From Elsinoe ampelina (lineage: Eukaryota): a DNA stretch of 64,000 bases. Both the position numbers and the translations under genes were made by a program. The first letter of the stretch is position 1. The number at the start of each line of letters is the position of its first letter. The DNA lies in the NCBI GenBank assembly GCA_010093995.1, contig ML992512.1, forward strand, positions 405,736 through 469,735, read 5' to 3'. A model generated the notes under the pieces. The model searched no databases. It had not been told where the DNA came from and saw only the letters and a program-made list of their open reading frames with translations. Shown here in pieces: positions 38,022 through 47,622 of the stretch.

Positions 38022-39323
38022 TTTGATTGTTTGTGGTGAGTATGTGTGAGAGACAGCGGCAAGGGAGGGAGTGCGAGTGAAGATGCGAGGGAGAATGTTA
38101 TGGGGCAATACTATACATACTCTTGGCCGCACCTACAGCTATAAGCTCCCCTCATTTGAAGCTTCGTAGTGGAGGGCCCGGTTGGCATTCGTCTCGATCC
38201 TGGGGATACAGATCTGGTTGCTATTCCCGAGACGTTTCCGGCGGACATTGTCCCGATCTGACAGCAAATGCGGGAGTTGTGAACAAGTGCCATGCTATTC
38301 GTCGGGTTGTTGACGAAGAGTGGTTCTGGATTCTTCTGGATTCGAGGTTCGAGTGAACAACCGTTCATAATGTCGGAATGTGGAGGAAAGTGGGCGACAT
38401 GTGGTCCCGGCAACGACGACATCTTCGCTCCTCTCCACCTATTGGAGTCATGTATCAAAGCGATGCCCGCTGCATCGAAAGAATAGCAGGCTTATATCTG
38501 TTCGTGGCCCCGAGAGCTTCGACTGGATCCCATGTCGGTTGGATTGACCCGAGTCTGTATTTATGCCCAAACCTGGTAGTTGACGGCAATGTAGAACAGC
38601 CATGTATGACATTGACGGCAAGATGGTGCTCTCCAAGTAAATATCCAACATCCGAATAGTCCCGTACAGCAATGTCGCGTAGAAGTACGCAATCGTAAGC
38701 AATCTGATTTGCCTTCGACCGTCAGGAATCAGCTCTTCCTCGGTGCGGGAAAACTCTCGTTTTCAAAAGGCAAGTACTCGTGCCGCACTGACAGCACCTC
38801 ATACAATATGCGATTCTGTGTGGCTCAGAATCAACCAAACGGCAAATTGACAGGTCGAGAACGTCTCGCAGATGCAGATGTTTGGCAGTGTTGACTTGTT
38901 TGTGCAGAAGGGAAGAGTTTCAAAGAGTTTCACTTCTAGCGAGCAAGCAGTGAGCGGGCCGTCGCGTCATCATCCGACCAATCAACCGCGACAAACACGA
39001 GATTGCCACGAACGCGATGTTACGCATCGGCCAGACCATTTGGTGCCTTGAGAGCCTATGATTTAGCTTGATGAACCCCATCACTGCCTCAATTGGTATC
39101 GCGGCGGCAAGTTTCTCGTGTATGCGCACACGTCCTGTCCTTCTTGTTTCCAGCTGGCCCCAGTCTTTCGTTCTTTCAATTCCCTCCTTCTGGCGTTCTT
39201 GTTGATCGAGTATACACAAGCCGGTAATTGGTATACTCGAGTCACTCTGACCCACGCTGTCTCGAGAGAACCCAGGCTCTCAATCTACGCGGTTCACGAC
39301 GTGTATAGCACGTGTCGGACGAG

Positions 39324-40439
39324 ATGGCAACTCCAATGTCGACTCCCCGCCAGCCTTTTGCTGAGCTGAGTGGCCAGAGGCTACAGCACCTCACCAGCGT
39401 CAAGAACCGCCAGAACGGTATGGCATTGCCACCGACGCTCTCCAGACAGCAATACTCATGACATACAGGCCTCTTCTCCACCCCCTCCAACGTCAAATCC
39501 CCCCTCTCAATCATGACCAAAGCCTCTCCCTCACCCGTCTCCACCTCCAAGAAACGCACCTACGACTCCTCCCCGGCCTACTCAGACGGCGACAGCGAGA
39601 ACGTCGACCCGACCATCTTCCTCTCCCCCTCCAAGAAAACCAAAGGTCTCTCCGGCAGCACCATCCTCAAGCCCTCAACCTTCTCCTTCTCCAAGCCCAA
39701 CCCCGCCATGCCCTCTTCCCTCCTCCGCCAATCCCTCGCCACCCCCCGCGCCAACATCTCCTCCCCTCGCACCCCCGCCACCGCTCCAGCAGGCCGCTCC
39801 CCTCCCCGCAAGAAACTCTCCCCCAAACGCCGCATCTCCGCGCCGTACACCCGTATCGACCCGCCTTCCTCCCACCGCAAGTCAAAGGACGCAGGCATCC
39901 CCTTCTTCTCCCTCGAGGAAGCCCTCGCCGGCTCCCTCAACAAACCCGTCGCTACCGTCTCGTCCGCGGCGCCGGCTCCTGCCGTGCCCAAGGTGGAGTC
40001 AGGCATGCCGAAGTGCTGGTTCTTCGCTATCCACGAGGATACACCGGACCAGGAAGCGGAGAATCTCATGGAGCATTCGACCAAGGTTTTGGATTTGTCG
40101 AGTGATGAGGAGGGGACTAAGCGGGCGGATCGGGGCAAGGAGAATGTGGCGCCTGCTGGTGCGGCGCAGGTGGTGAGGAGGGAAGGGAAGAGGACGAGGA
40201 GGAGGAGGGTCAAGGTTGATGTTATGGAGGAACAGGAGGGGGAGAGGAGTCCGTTGAGTGAGGTTGAGAGGGAGGATTTCTTCCCGGAAGGGGTCAGGGG
40301 GGATGAGGTTGTGGTTGTAGGATTGGAGGGCGTGGTAGAGGAGAAGAAGGAGGAGGTTTCAGTGCAGACTGTGCAGGCTGTGCCGACGCCCGTCAAGGGG
40401 GAGATGGAGGATATCGTTATCTTTGAGGATGCGGAGTAG
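39324..40439 (+). CDS. Disordered protein with ABBA/KEN/D-box motifs (candidate APC/C regulator)
   Basis: ATG 39324 (MATPMSTPRQPFAELSGQRLQHLTSVKNRQN); intron 39418-39468 joins it to the 39513 ORF. Motifs WFFAIHEDT, GKENVAP, RSPLSEV. Confidence 0.8.
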
Positions 40440-40777
40440 TGGTGGGTGGGTTCGTTGTCGGTGGTCATGATTGAAACGCTGTCTGGGTCTGTCGGGTTAC
40501 GATGTTCATGGCGATCAAGGCGCATTGAGGCTGGGTCGCTGTTCATGTCATGTATGCTTCATGTAGTGCTATTTAGCAACATTTGCTCTCTTTTGACAGC
40601 CTTGCTCCTCCCTCTCTTTGGGCTCCGTCCTCGCATTTGCTTTGTGCCGACACTCGCTCTCGATGCCAAATATGGTTATCATTCACACGTACGATCTTCT
40701 CACGGCCTGGTGTCAATTCAACGCTGATACATTCTGTAAAGCTATGCAACTTCTCGTCGTCAAATCCACGCCATCTC

Positions 40778-41577
40778 TCACACGTAACCTGTAGAGTGTC
40801 AGCATCCTTCCCATTCCGTGCCATTTTGACTATCCACTTACCCTTCCTTCCACCAGTGAAGAACATCCTCACAACAAACACCTGCAATCCAGCCATCCCC
40901 ACCATCAACCCACTCTCCATCAAGCTGAAATTCCAAATCCTCTTCTCCGTGCTCCTCACCGTGCTGAAATTCCGGTTCTCCCTCGTCCTGAAATACTTCT
41001 GACTCCTGCTCACACTGCTAAGCAGACTCGAGATCTTCATCACGCTCTCTTCCAGGACACTAGCCTGTTCCGGCGCCGCGCCTTGCTTGGTTGGGATAGT
41101 AGCCGCCCGTGGCTCGTTCTCGACTGAGATCTCGAAATCGATGAGTTTTTCCGCGAAACTGCTGATCGTGTTGTCGAAGCAGAAGCGGTACTCGCCCGCC
41201 ACGTTGGCGGTGAAGACGTAGTCGCCTTGGCGCTCCTTTTCGCCGTTGAAGATGACGCGGTCGCCGTGTGGGTTGTTTTCGACAGGGCCGTGAACGGAGT
41301 AGTCGACTGGAAGGGTTAGAGGAGACCGAGGGGAGGAGGGATGAGTCTACCATCGAAGGAGCCGCCGGATTGGACCTGTGAGTGTTCAGCTTTGTGGACT
41401 GCGCAGAGGAGCTGATTTTCTTACGGCAAAGTAGAAAGCCACCTTAGCTCCCTTGTTGTTCACTTGGGTGAAGAAGCACTCTCTTGCGTATGGTGGGAGG
41501 TTGTACGTGAGAGCTGTCGCAGTGGCTATCGAGAACAATGAGCTGGCAAGAGCCAGAATCTGGATTAGAAACAACAT
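40778..41577 (-). CDS. p24/emp24/gp25L family cargo receptor (GOLD domain; Erp/gamma-like)
   Basis: Signal peptide; introns 41376-41424, 41307-41350 and 40789-40841. VAFYFAVQSGGSFDVDY, GEYRFCFDN, QKYFRTRENRNFSTVRST, TM plus FF, C-terminus GYV. Confidence 0.92.
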
Positions 41578-42350
41578 GACTCCAAAGGGGTGCCACTCAA
41601 TGGCGGATCTGCGATGGGAAGGGCGGAATATTGAAGCTCAAAGTGAAAGCCTGACTGCTGAGACGTCGCGTGTCTTCAAGAAGCTCTGGCACTTTTGGGA
41701 GAGGCATTCTTGGCGCTTCAGCCCTACCACGGAGACATAAAGGGGCGTCGCCCCAGGTTGTTTACTCTGTTTCCTTCAACACCGCTCATATATCGATTGT
41801 GCGTAGCTTGTCGTATACGAGTAATTCATCAAAACGTTGGCAATAGATTGACTGAGGATGGAGAGTCCCAGCCCTTGTGACGAATTGATGATTTAACAAG
41901 TACTTGAGTGAAGATGTGAGCTTTGGATAGTAGCCGACAAGGAGATCAACACGTGACATACTTGTGCCTGGTCATTTCACATCAACATGAAATATGCTCT
42001 GGTAGTAACGCATTGCCGTGGAGGTGGTACAGAGTCGTAACCCCTCCGAGCATGTGAAGCTGTTTTGATTGTGCGTCTCAACCTGGCAACAACTTTGGGT
42101 ACACATCACATTTTCCTTAAATCCACATCAACATGAGCTGATGTGTCTTCCTGCTTGCTGGCTCTTTGTCGATGCGAAGTTTGAAGATTACGAGTTTGAA
42201 GACTTGACACCGAGACGGCGGCACAAGCAGATCACATACCGAAAGAAGCACAAAATGACCGTGGTACGTTGACCTCGCGCCTTCCTATAAACAACACGCT
42301 TTACCTCATCTTCTTCCTACACTTCTCATCGACCATCTCACTTCTGCTCA

Positions 42351-43148
42351 ATGCCATACATTGAGCTTGACCGAAACGAGATGCCCAAAAATCCTTTCAT
42401 CGTCGAGGACTCGAGCACGATCGCTTACGAAGATTATGTCGAACAGAAGAACAAGAGGTCGAGATCACCCGACGCCACCGAATCTGTGACTAGCGGCGCT
42501 TCCTTCAAATATCAGGTCGCGGAACCTGCTCAGGCAAGCTTGAAGGATCTGATCCCGCGCCGCGCCGCATTCTTGCTGACAATACACCAGCCGAGCTACA
42601 CCTGCTATGCGAATGGCCAACCCTATCCGCCGATCCAGCCCGCCGCCTATCAGTGCTACCCTCAGAACCCCACCTACATGCCTCATTATGCATACCAGCC
42701 TCAAGCATCTGCTTACTACCCTACCATGCCTCCGCCTGGCTACCAGCAATACGCCTGCTATCCAAACGTCATGGCCGGTACAACTCCAGCAGCAGTCACT
42801 GTCGCAACATCTACAAAGCCTGCCGCCTCCAGCAAGCCTGCAGCCTCCATCAAAGCTAAGGACGACGATGCTGGCGAACATTTCTGGATTGGTCGTACTC
42901 GCGCTCAGGTCGATGAGGACAATCTCAAGATCGCTGCTCGTGAAGGCGTCTTCAAATACGATCCGATGAAGCCTTCTGGAGCAGCACCAGATGCATTGTT
43001 CTGGGTCTCAGAGCTGGATGGGAGGACCACTTTGAGGATGTTCAAGACGATTGACGAGGAGCTTGGTCCGGGCAAGTGGGAGAGGGATGCAAGGTACGGC
43101 AATGCTTACTTTGTACGAGAGGAGCCCGAGGAAGAGAAGAAGACTTGA
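42351..43148 (+). CDS. Hypothetical protein with P/Y/Q/A-rich middle and compact C-terminal domain
   Basis: 265-aa intronless ORF, TATAAA near 42286 and CT-rich leader. C-terminal WIGRTRAQVDEDN..FWVSELDG..GPGKW..GNAYFVR looks globular. Confidence 0.75.
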   Translation: MPYIELDRNEMPKNPFIVEDSSTIAYEDYVEQKNKRSRSPDATESVTSGASFKYQVAEPAQASLKDLIPRRAAFLLTIHQPSYTCYANGQPYPPIQPAAYQCYPQNPTYMPHYAYQPQASAYYPTMPPPGYQQYACYPNVMAGTTPAAVTVATSTKPAASSKPAASIKAKDDDAGEHFWIGRTRAQVDEDNLKIAAREGVFKYDPMKPSGAAPDALFWVSELDGRTTLRMFKTIDEELGPGKWERDARYGNAYFVREEPEEEKKT

Positions 43149-43457
43149 GGGTTGTCCTATAAAGCACCAAGACGCACAGAGACAGGGTGTGATCATGAGC
43201 ATGCTCTGCGAGAACAGGTCTCGTGGCTTCACAGCGAGTTCGGCAGGCGTTTGGGTCGGCATAATTTAGGAGATACCCATCAGTGATACAAATGACGAAC
43301 CACCATCATACACATGCCCCGCCGCGAATGAAGGGCGGTAATGCCGCTGCCTCTCTCTATAATTCGCAGGCATCCCACTTCGTGCCCCACCACATGAAAT
43401 GACGTCGAATCCACCAAAGTCCACCATCAACCTCTTGTACCCTACAACAGACATTGC

Positions 43458-44251
43458 ATGCCTTTCCAGCCAAACGCAATCAACAGCTTCGCATTTCTCG
43501 CGATCTTCATTCTAGCCTTCTTTCCCGGCTTGTTCAACCAGCTCCTCTACCTTCCCCTGTACCCATTCAAAGTCGCCTTCTCACCTGCCCCACAACCCAG
43601 CTCAACCACCACCCCTCCTCCCTGCCAACATCATCGCCACCCGTCTCCAAACCCAATCGCAAACATGGCCTGGTTCCAAAAACAATTCACCCTCCCCACC
43701 AAATCCCGCGGCTCCTATCTCATCACCGACGAAGTCCTCAAACAAGTCCCCGAAATCAGCCAGTACAAAGTCGGCATCCTCAACCTGTTCATCCAGCACA
43801 CATCCGCGGCGTTGAGCCTGAATGAAAACTGGGACAGTGACGTCCGGTAAGCCATCTCCTCCCCCACCTCAATCTGGCACCAGCCGTCCTGCCTCCACCC
43901 GTTCTGCCCCGTCGGCGGCGTAGGTAGAGTTGCCACTTCCCACCTCCCGAAGAGAATAGAACCGCCACGAGTCACCGCGCTAACACCCCTACCAGGACAG
44001 ACATGTCCAACGCCCTCGACCGCATCGTCCCGGAAGACCGTAAAGGCGTACTGTACGAGCACAGCGCCGAGGGACTGGATGACATGCCTGCGCATATCAA
44101 GTCGGCGTTGATAGGCGCGAGTGTCTCGATTCCTATTTCAAATGGCAAGTTGGCGACCGGGACGTGGCAGGGGATTTGGTACTTGGAGTTTAGGGCGGCG
44201 AGGCATAGTCGGAAGGTGGTGGCGACGATTCAAGGGGAGAAGAGTGGGTGA
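43458..44251 (+). CDS. UPF0047/YjbQ family protein
   Basis: Core starts at ATG 43665 ([15 protein letters not shown]), [17 protein letters not shown], intron 43847-43995, [25 protein letters not shown]. In-frame upstream ATG at 43458. Confidence 0.9.
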
Positions 44252-44414
44252 GGGGGTGAGGATGTTGGTCATGGAGTGGGGGAGTGGAGGGGCGGGTCAG
44301 GCTGACGGATCATGGGGGTACTGGACAGACGAGCACGGGTCAAGAAGGCAGAGTGTGGGTGATGAGCTTCTGTGAAGCTACGAATGCATTTGTACAGCTA
44401 GTCTATCGAGACGC

Positions 44415-45221
44415 CTATCGATGCTCGAGTGGAGCACCAGTGTTGCTCTGAATCTGTGGGACTTCTTCCGGCGCGCCGATGGGGTCGAGAGGGTATGAGT
44501 GGTGTTCGAGGGCTTCGATGTGCTTCCGGTTCTTCTCGTGTGCCTGTCATGGTATTAGTCGGGGAACATGGATCTAGCTCATGTGAAGACTTACGAATGG
44601 CAGTCCGCAGTATGTGCACCAGCAGATCTGTGGTTTGTCGACGTTGATGAAGATTCTTGGATGACCGAGTGGGCCTCCTCCGCCGTCGCATGATGCTTTT
44701 CGCTCCTTGATCCAGTTGACAGGTTGTTTGTGAATGAGGTCGATGGCTGCTAGGGGTCGGGGCTAAACATGATCAGCTTTGTGCTCGAATGTATATAGGC
44801 CCCGCGCGACGAGTCTCCAGCTGGACTCGTGCCACATTATTCTGCTCCAGCTCCTGCAACAAGTAAAGAAGGGAAGGGCGTGGCCTACTTGGTCTTCCAT
44901 GATCGTCTGCTCAAAGCGCGGTCCAACCATGGCCTTTTCCCTCGGCTGCTGGCTCCTAGACCAGACTGACGACCTGTTCGGCGCTTGCATGACCCTCATC
45001 TCCTCTCCCGCCTGCACTGACTCTTGTAATGTCTTGTCGAAGCTTCCTTCCGAGCTCGTAGGGACTGCATTGGTGCTCGATACTGGTGATTGTGTTTTGG
45101 ATGGATTCGGGTCGTTGGCTGGGATGGGATTGTCGCGAAGAAGGGATGTGGAAGGGTGGAAGGACCGGCGTGAGATGAGGGAGAGACCGCTCCGTACGAG
45201 AGGTCGTGTTAGCGGTGCCAT
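44415..45221 (-). CDS. NDUFS6: Complex I zinc-binding accessory subunit (NDUFS6/NUMM)
   Basis: Mitochondrial presequence; QAPNR..WSRSQQPR..GPRFEQT; introns 44763-44888 and 44544-44594; zinc motif CDGGGGPLGHPRIFINVDK..CTYCGLPF. Confidence 0.93.
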
Positions 45222-45586
45222 GGTGTGTGGGCTATATCAGTGCAACAGTGCTGTTCCGACTGAGGAGGGTAAACTTGAAGACGTAGATAATGGAGGCAGC
45301 TGATTGGTCAATGGCTTGCGGTGAGGTGACCGGAATTCCGCATGGTGCGGGACAGTGAGATACTACACAACACTGCCTAGGACCTGTGACGGTAGCATAC
45401 ACATTCGGAACATATTCATTCTTCTCTCACGTCTCATGATATCCCTTGGAGCAACATTCTGATCAATCATTCGTCCACCAGAGGGCCGATCAATACCTGG
45501 ACAGCAACCTCGGCGACCCCGCTATTCACATCCTCCATACCACATACATCCATCTAGATCAGACATTACTGCGGTTGACATTCGCG

Positions 45587-46408
45587 ATGCTGCTACTCGG
45601 CCTCACTGGCTCAATCGCGACTGGCAAATCCACAGTCTCACAGATACTGTCCTCACCACCATACTCACTCCCCATCATCGACGCCGACAAGATCGCACGA
45701 CAGGTCGTAGAACCCGGCACATCCGGCTACAATGCCATAGTCTCACACTTCTCCTCAACCACGCCAGACCTCCTCGAACCACCATCAGAAACGACAGGCG
45801 GAGAAGCAGGACCCAATGGGAAAGGCCGGCCACTCAACAGACCAGCGCTGGGTAGAAGGGTGTTTGGTCAAGGGAAAGAAGCGGACAGGAAAGTGCTGAA
45901 CGGCATTGTACATCCGGCTGTACGAAAAGAGCTGTACCGGCAGATGCTGTGGGCATACATCAAGGGATCGTGGGCGGTAGTCTTGGACATTCCGCTACTG
46001 TTCGAGAGCGGATGGGAGGCCATGTGCGGGACCATCATGGTGGTGGCTGTGAAGGACAAGGAGGTCCAGATCAAGCGATTGAAAGACAGAGATAGCCATC
46101 TCACGGATGAGGATGCGCGGAACCGGGTCGCAAGCCAATGGGACGTGCGGGACAAGGCGAGGCGTGCTGAGGCGAGAGGGAACAGAAGAGGTGTGGTGGT
46201 GTGGAATGATGGCGGAAAGGAAGATCTTAAGAGGGAAATCGACAGAGTGATGACAGAAGTGAAGAAGGGAAGTCCGCAGTGGTGGTCCTGGCTCCTCCTG
46301 GTTAACCCTGGATTCATGGTGCTGGCGGCGTCTTGGAACTATTTCTTGGGTTGGTATTCCAAAAGACAGTGGGAGCAAATGAAGGCGCGGGAGAAGGCGA
46401 AGCTTTGA
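45587..46408 (+). CDS. CAB5: Dephospho-CoA kinase
   Basis: MLLLGLTGSIATGKSTVS P-loop, IIDADKIAR, LNRPALG, IVHPAV, DIPLLFE, C-terminal TM segment. Confidence 0.93.
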   Translation: MLLLGLTGSIATGKSTVSQILSSPPYSLPIIDADKIARQVVEPGTSGYNAIVSHFSSTTPDLLEPPSETTGGEAGPNGKGRPLNRPALGRRVFGQGKEADRKVLNGIVHPAVRKELYRQMLWAYIKGSWAVVLDIPLLFESGWEAMCGTIMVVAVKDKEVQIKRLKDRDSHLTDEDARNRVASQWDVRDKARRAEARGNRRGVVVWNDGGKEDLKREIDRVMTEVKKGSPQWWSWLLLVNPGFMVLAASWNYFLGWYSKRQWEQMKAREKAKL

Positions 46409-46929
46409 GTGCTGTGCAGGAGACGCAAGTAATCCAGACTCCTGTAAGGTCAATAGGTGAAGTCATGACTATGACAAAGTCCTCGGTGCAGACCGAATCA
46501 TTGCTGCATCTGCAATCTGGAGCACTATGCAGCTACCGGATCAATAACGCCATGGCAGCGAACCTGCATGGACCGAAGACGCGATATGCGAGCGATGCCG
46601 GTAATGGATCTTCTGACTCGAGTCCAGCTTGAGTCGCGCCTCGGCTTGACACGGTCGCATGGGCTGGCGAATTGCTGGAGATAGTGCGACCACAGGCATG
46701 CTAGGAGAAATGCAATGCGAGTCACCCACAACTGTCCACGTCGGTCGTAGACGAGACTGGACAAAATGTGTCGCTCGAGATTATCGACAGTGCGACACTG
46801 GTCTTCGGCCTCTTATGACCACGACAGAGGAAGACATCCTCCAGATTATGAGGTGGACGGTGCTTCCTGTGGTTGTGAAGAAGGCACTCTAGGAGACAGG
46901 GTATATGATATTTGCTGACAGCAGATCTT

Positions 46930-47136
46930 GTTGGCCTCGTGCCACAAGTCAATTTGAAACTATACAGAGAAGATTAGCATGGTGAGTTGGCTCCGCTCTT
47001 CGACACGTCTTGGCACAACGCTAACCCTTTCAGGCCCCTGCACTAAGGATGAGTGCGTTAAACCCTTGCAACGCGCCCGAATTGTCACTGACTGTTCGCA
47101 GCACATGCAAACAAAGAGATGCTCAAAAGTTTTTTT
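46930..47136 (+). ncRNA. snu6: U6 spliceosomal snRNA containing two spliceosomal introns
   Basis: Exon 1 ..AATTTGAAACTATACAGAGAAGATTAGCATG (to 46981); intron 46982-47033; exon 2 GCCCCTGCACTAAGGATGA (47034-47052); intron 47053-47101; exon 3 CACATGCAAACAAAGAGATGCTCAAAAG plus T7. The spliced ~106 nt has the ACAGAGA box, AGC triad and ISL. The 5' end is approximate. Confidence 0.95.
47130..47136 (+). terminator. RNA pol III oligo(T) terminator of U6
   Basis: T7 run immediately after U6 exon 3. Confidence 0.85.
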
Positions 47137-47152
47137 GCACTTTTTCTTGCAC

Positions 47153-47163
47153 GGTTCGACTCT
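47153..47163 (+). promoter_or_regulatory. Downstream B box (TFIIIC site) of U6
   Basis: GGTTCGACTCT matches GGTTCGAnTCC at all but the last base, 17 nt past the terminator. An A-box-like AAGTCAATTTG lies at 46946-46956 and a TATA-like TATATGATA at 46902-46910. Confidence 0.75.
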
Positions 47164-47622
47164 TGACGGCAGCCCATAAAATCCATGTTTTTGCAACACC
47201 TCAGGTGGCACTTCCTTTTGATGGAATGCTCGCGCAAGATCATTAGACAATTTTGCTGCCATGATTTTTTTTAGTACACTGCATGCAGATAGCTTCGGAG
47301 CTCTCGCGGAAATCACGCCGCGGTGGGTCTGATAGAAGAGCCGCATTCCGTCTCCCAATTCGTGCCCAACATAGTCCATGTCAGTAATGCTCTCTTTGTA
47401 AAATGAGAGGCAATCGCGCCGTGCCGTCAACTTCATGTCGACCTTTAACCTTTCGCCAGTTCTGCTATCAATGAGCGTTATTCGCAGATACCTCCCCAGT
47501 CTAACAGCCCGCGACATCGGCCGTGAGTGAATCACATGTCAAGCTTGACACCAAGATCGTGACTATATTGCATCCTACAGGCAAATCAGTACGCAGCTAT
47601 ATTTCTTCGCTAATGCGGTACT

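Noticed and set aside
38346..38356. GGTTCGAG T-loop-like motif suggesting a tRNA
   Set aside because: No cloverleaf or acceptor stem can be built around it.
36520..44251. Metabolic gene cluster around the HpsN-like gene
   Set aside because: The neighbours are a peptidase, a disordered protein and a p24 protein. No transporter, SDR, lyase or regulator is recognisable, and cysB is over 30 kb away.
46960..47535. 191-aa minus-strand Cys-rich ORF with an apparent GTTAGC..GCTAAT..TAG intron
   Set aside because: It is antisense to the U6 gene. Its apparent splice signals are the reverse complements of the U6 intron branch point (GCTAAC) and the U6 ATTAGC core.
47537..47550. Perfect 14-bp palindrome TGTCAAGCTTGACA
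   Set aside because: Several palindromes of this size are expected by chance in 64 kb.
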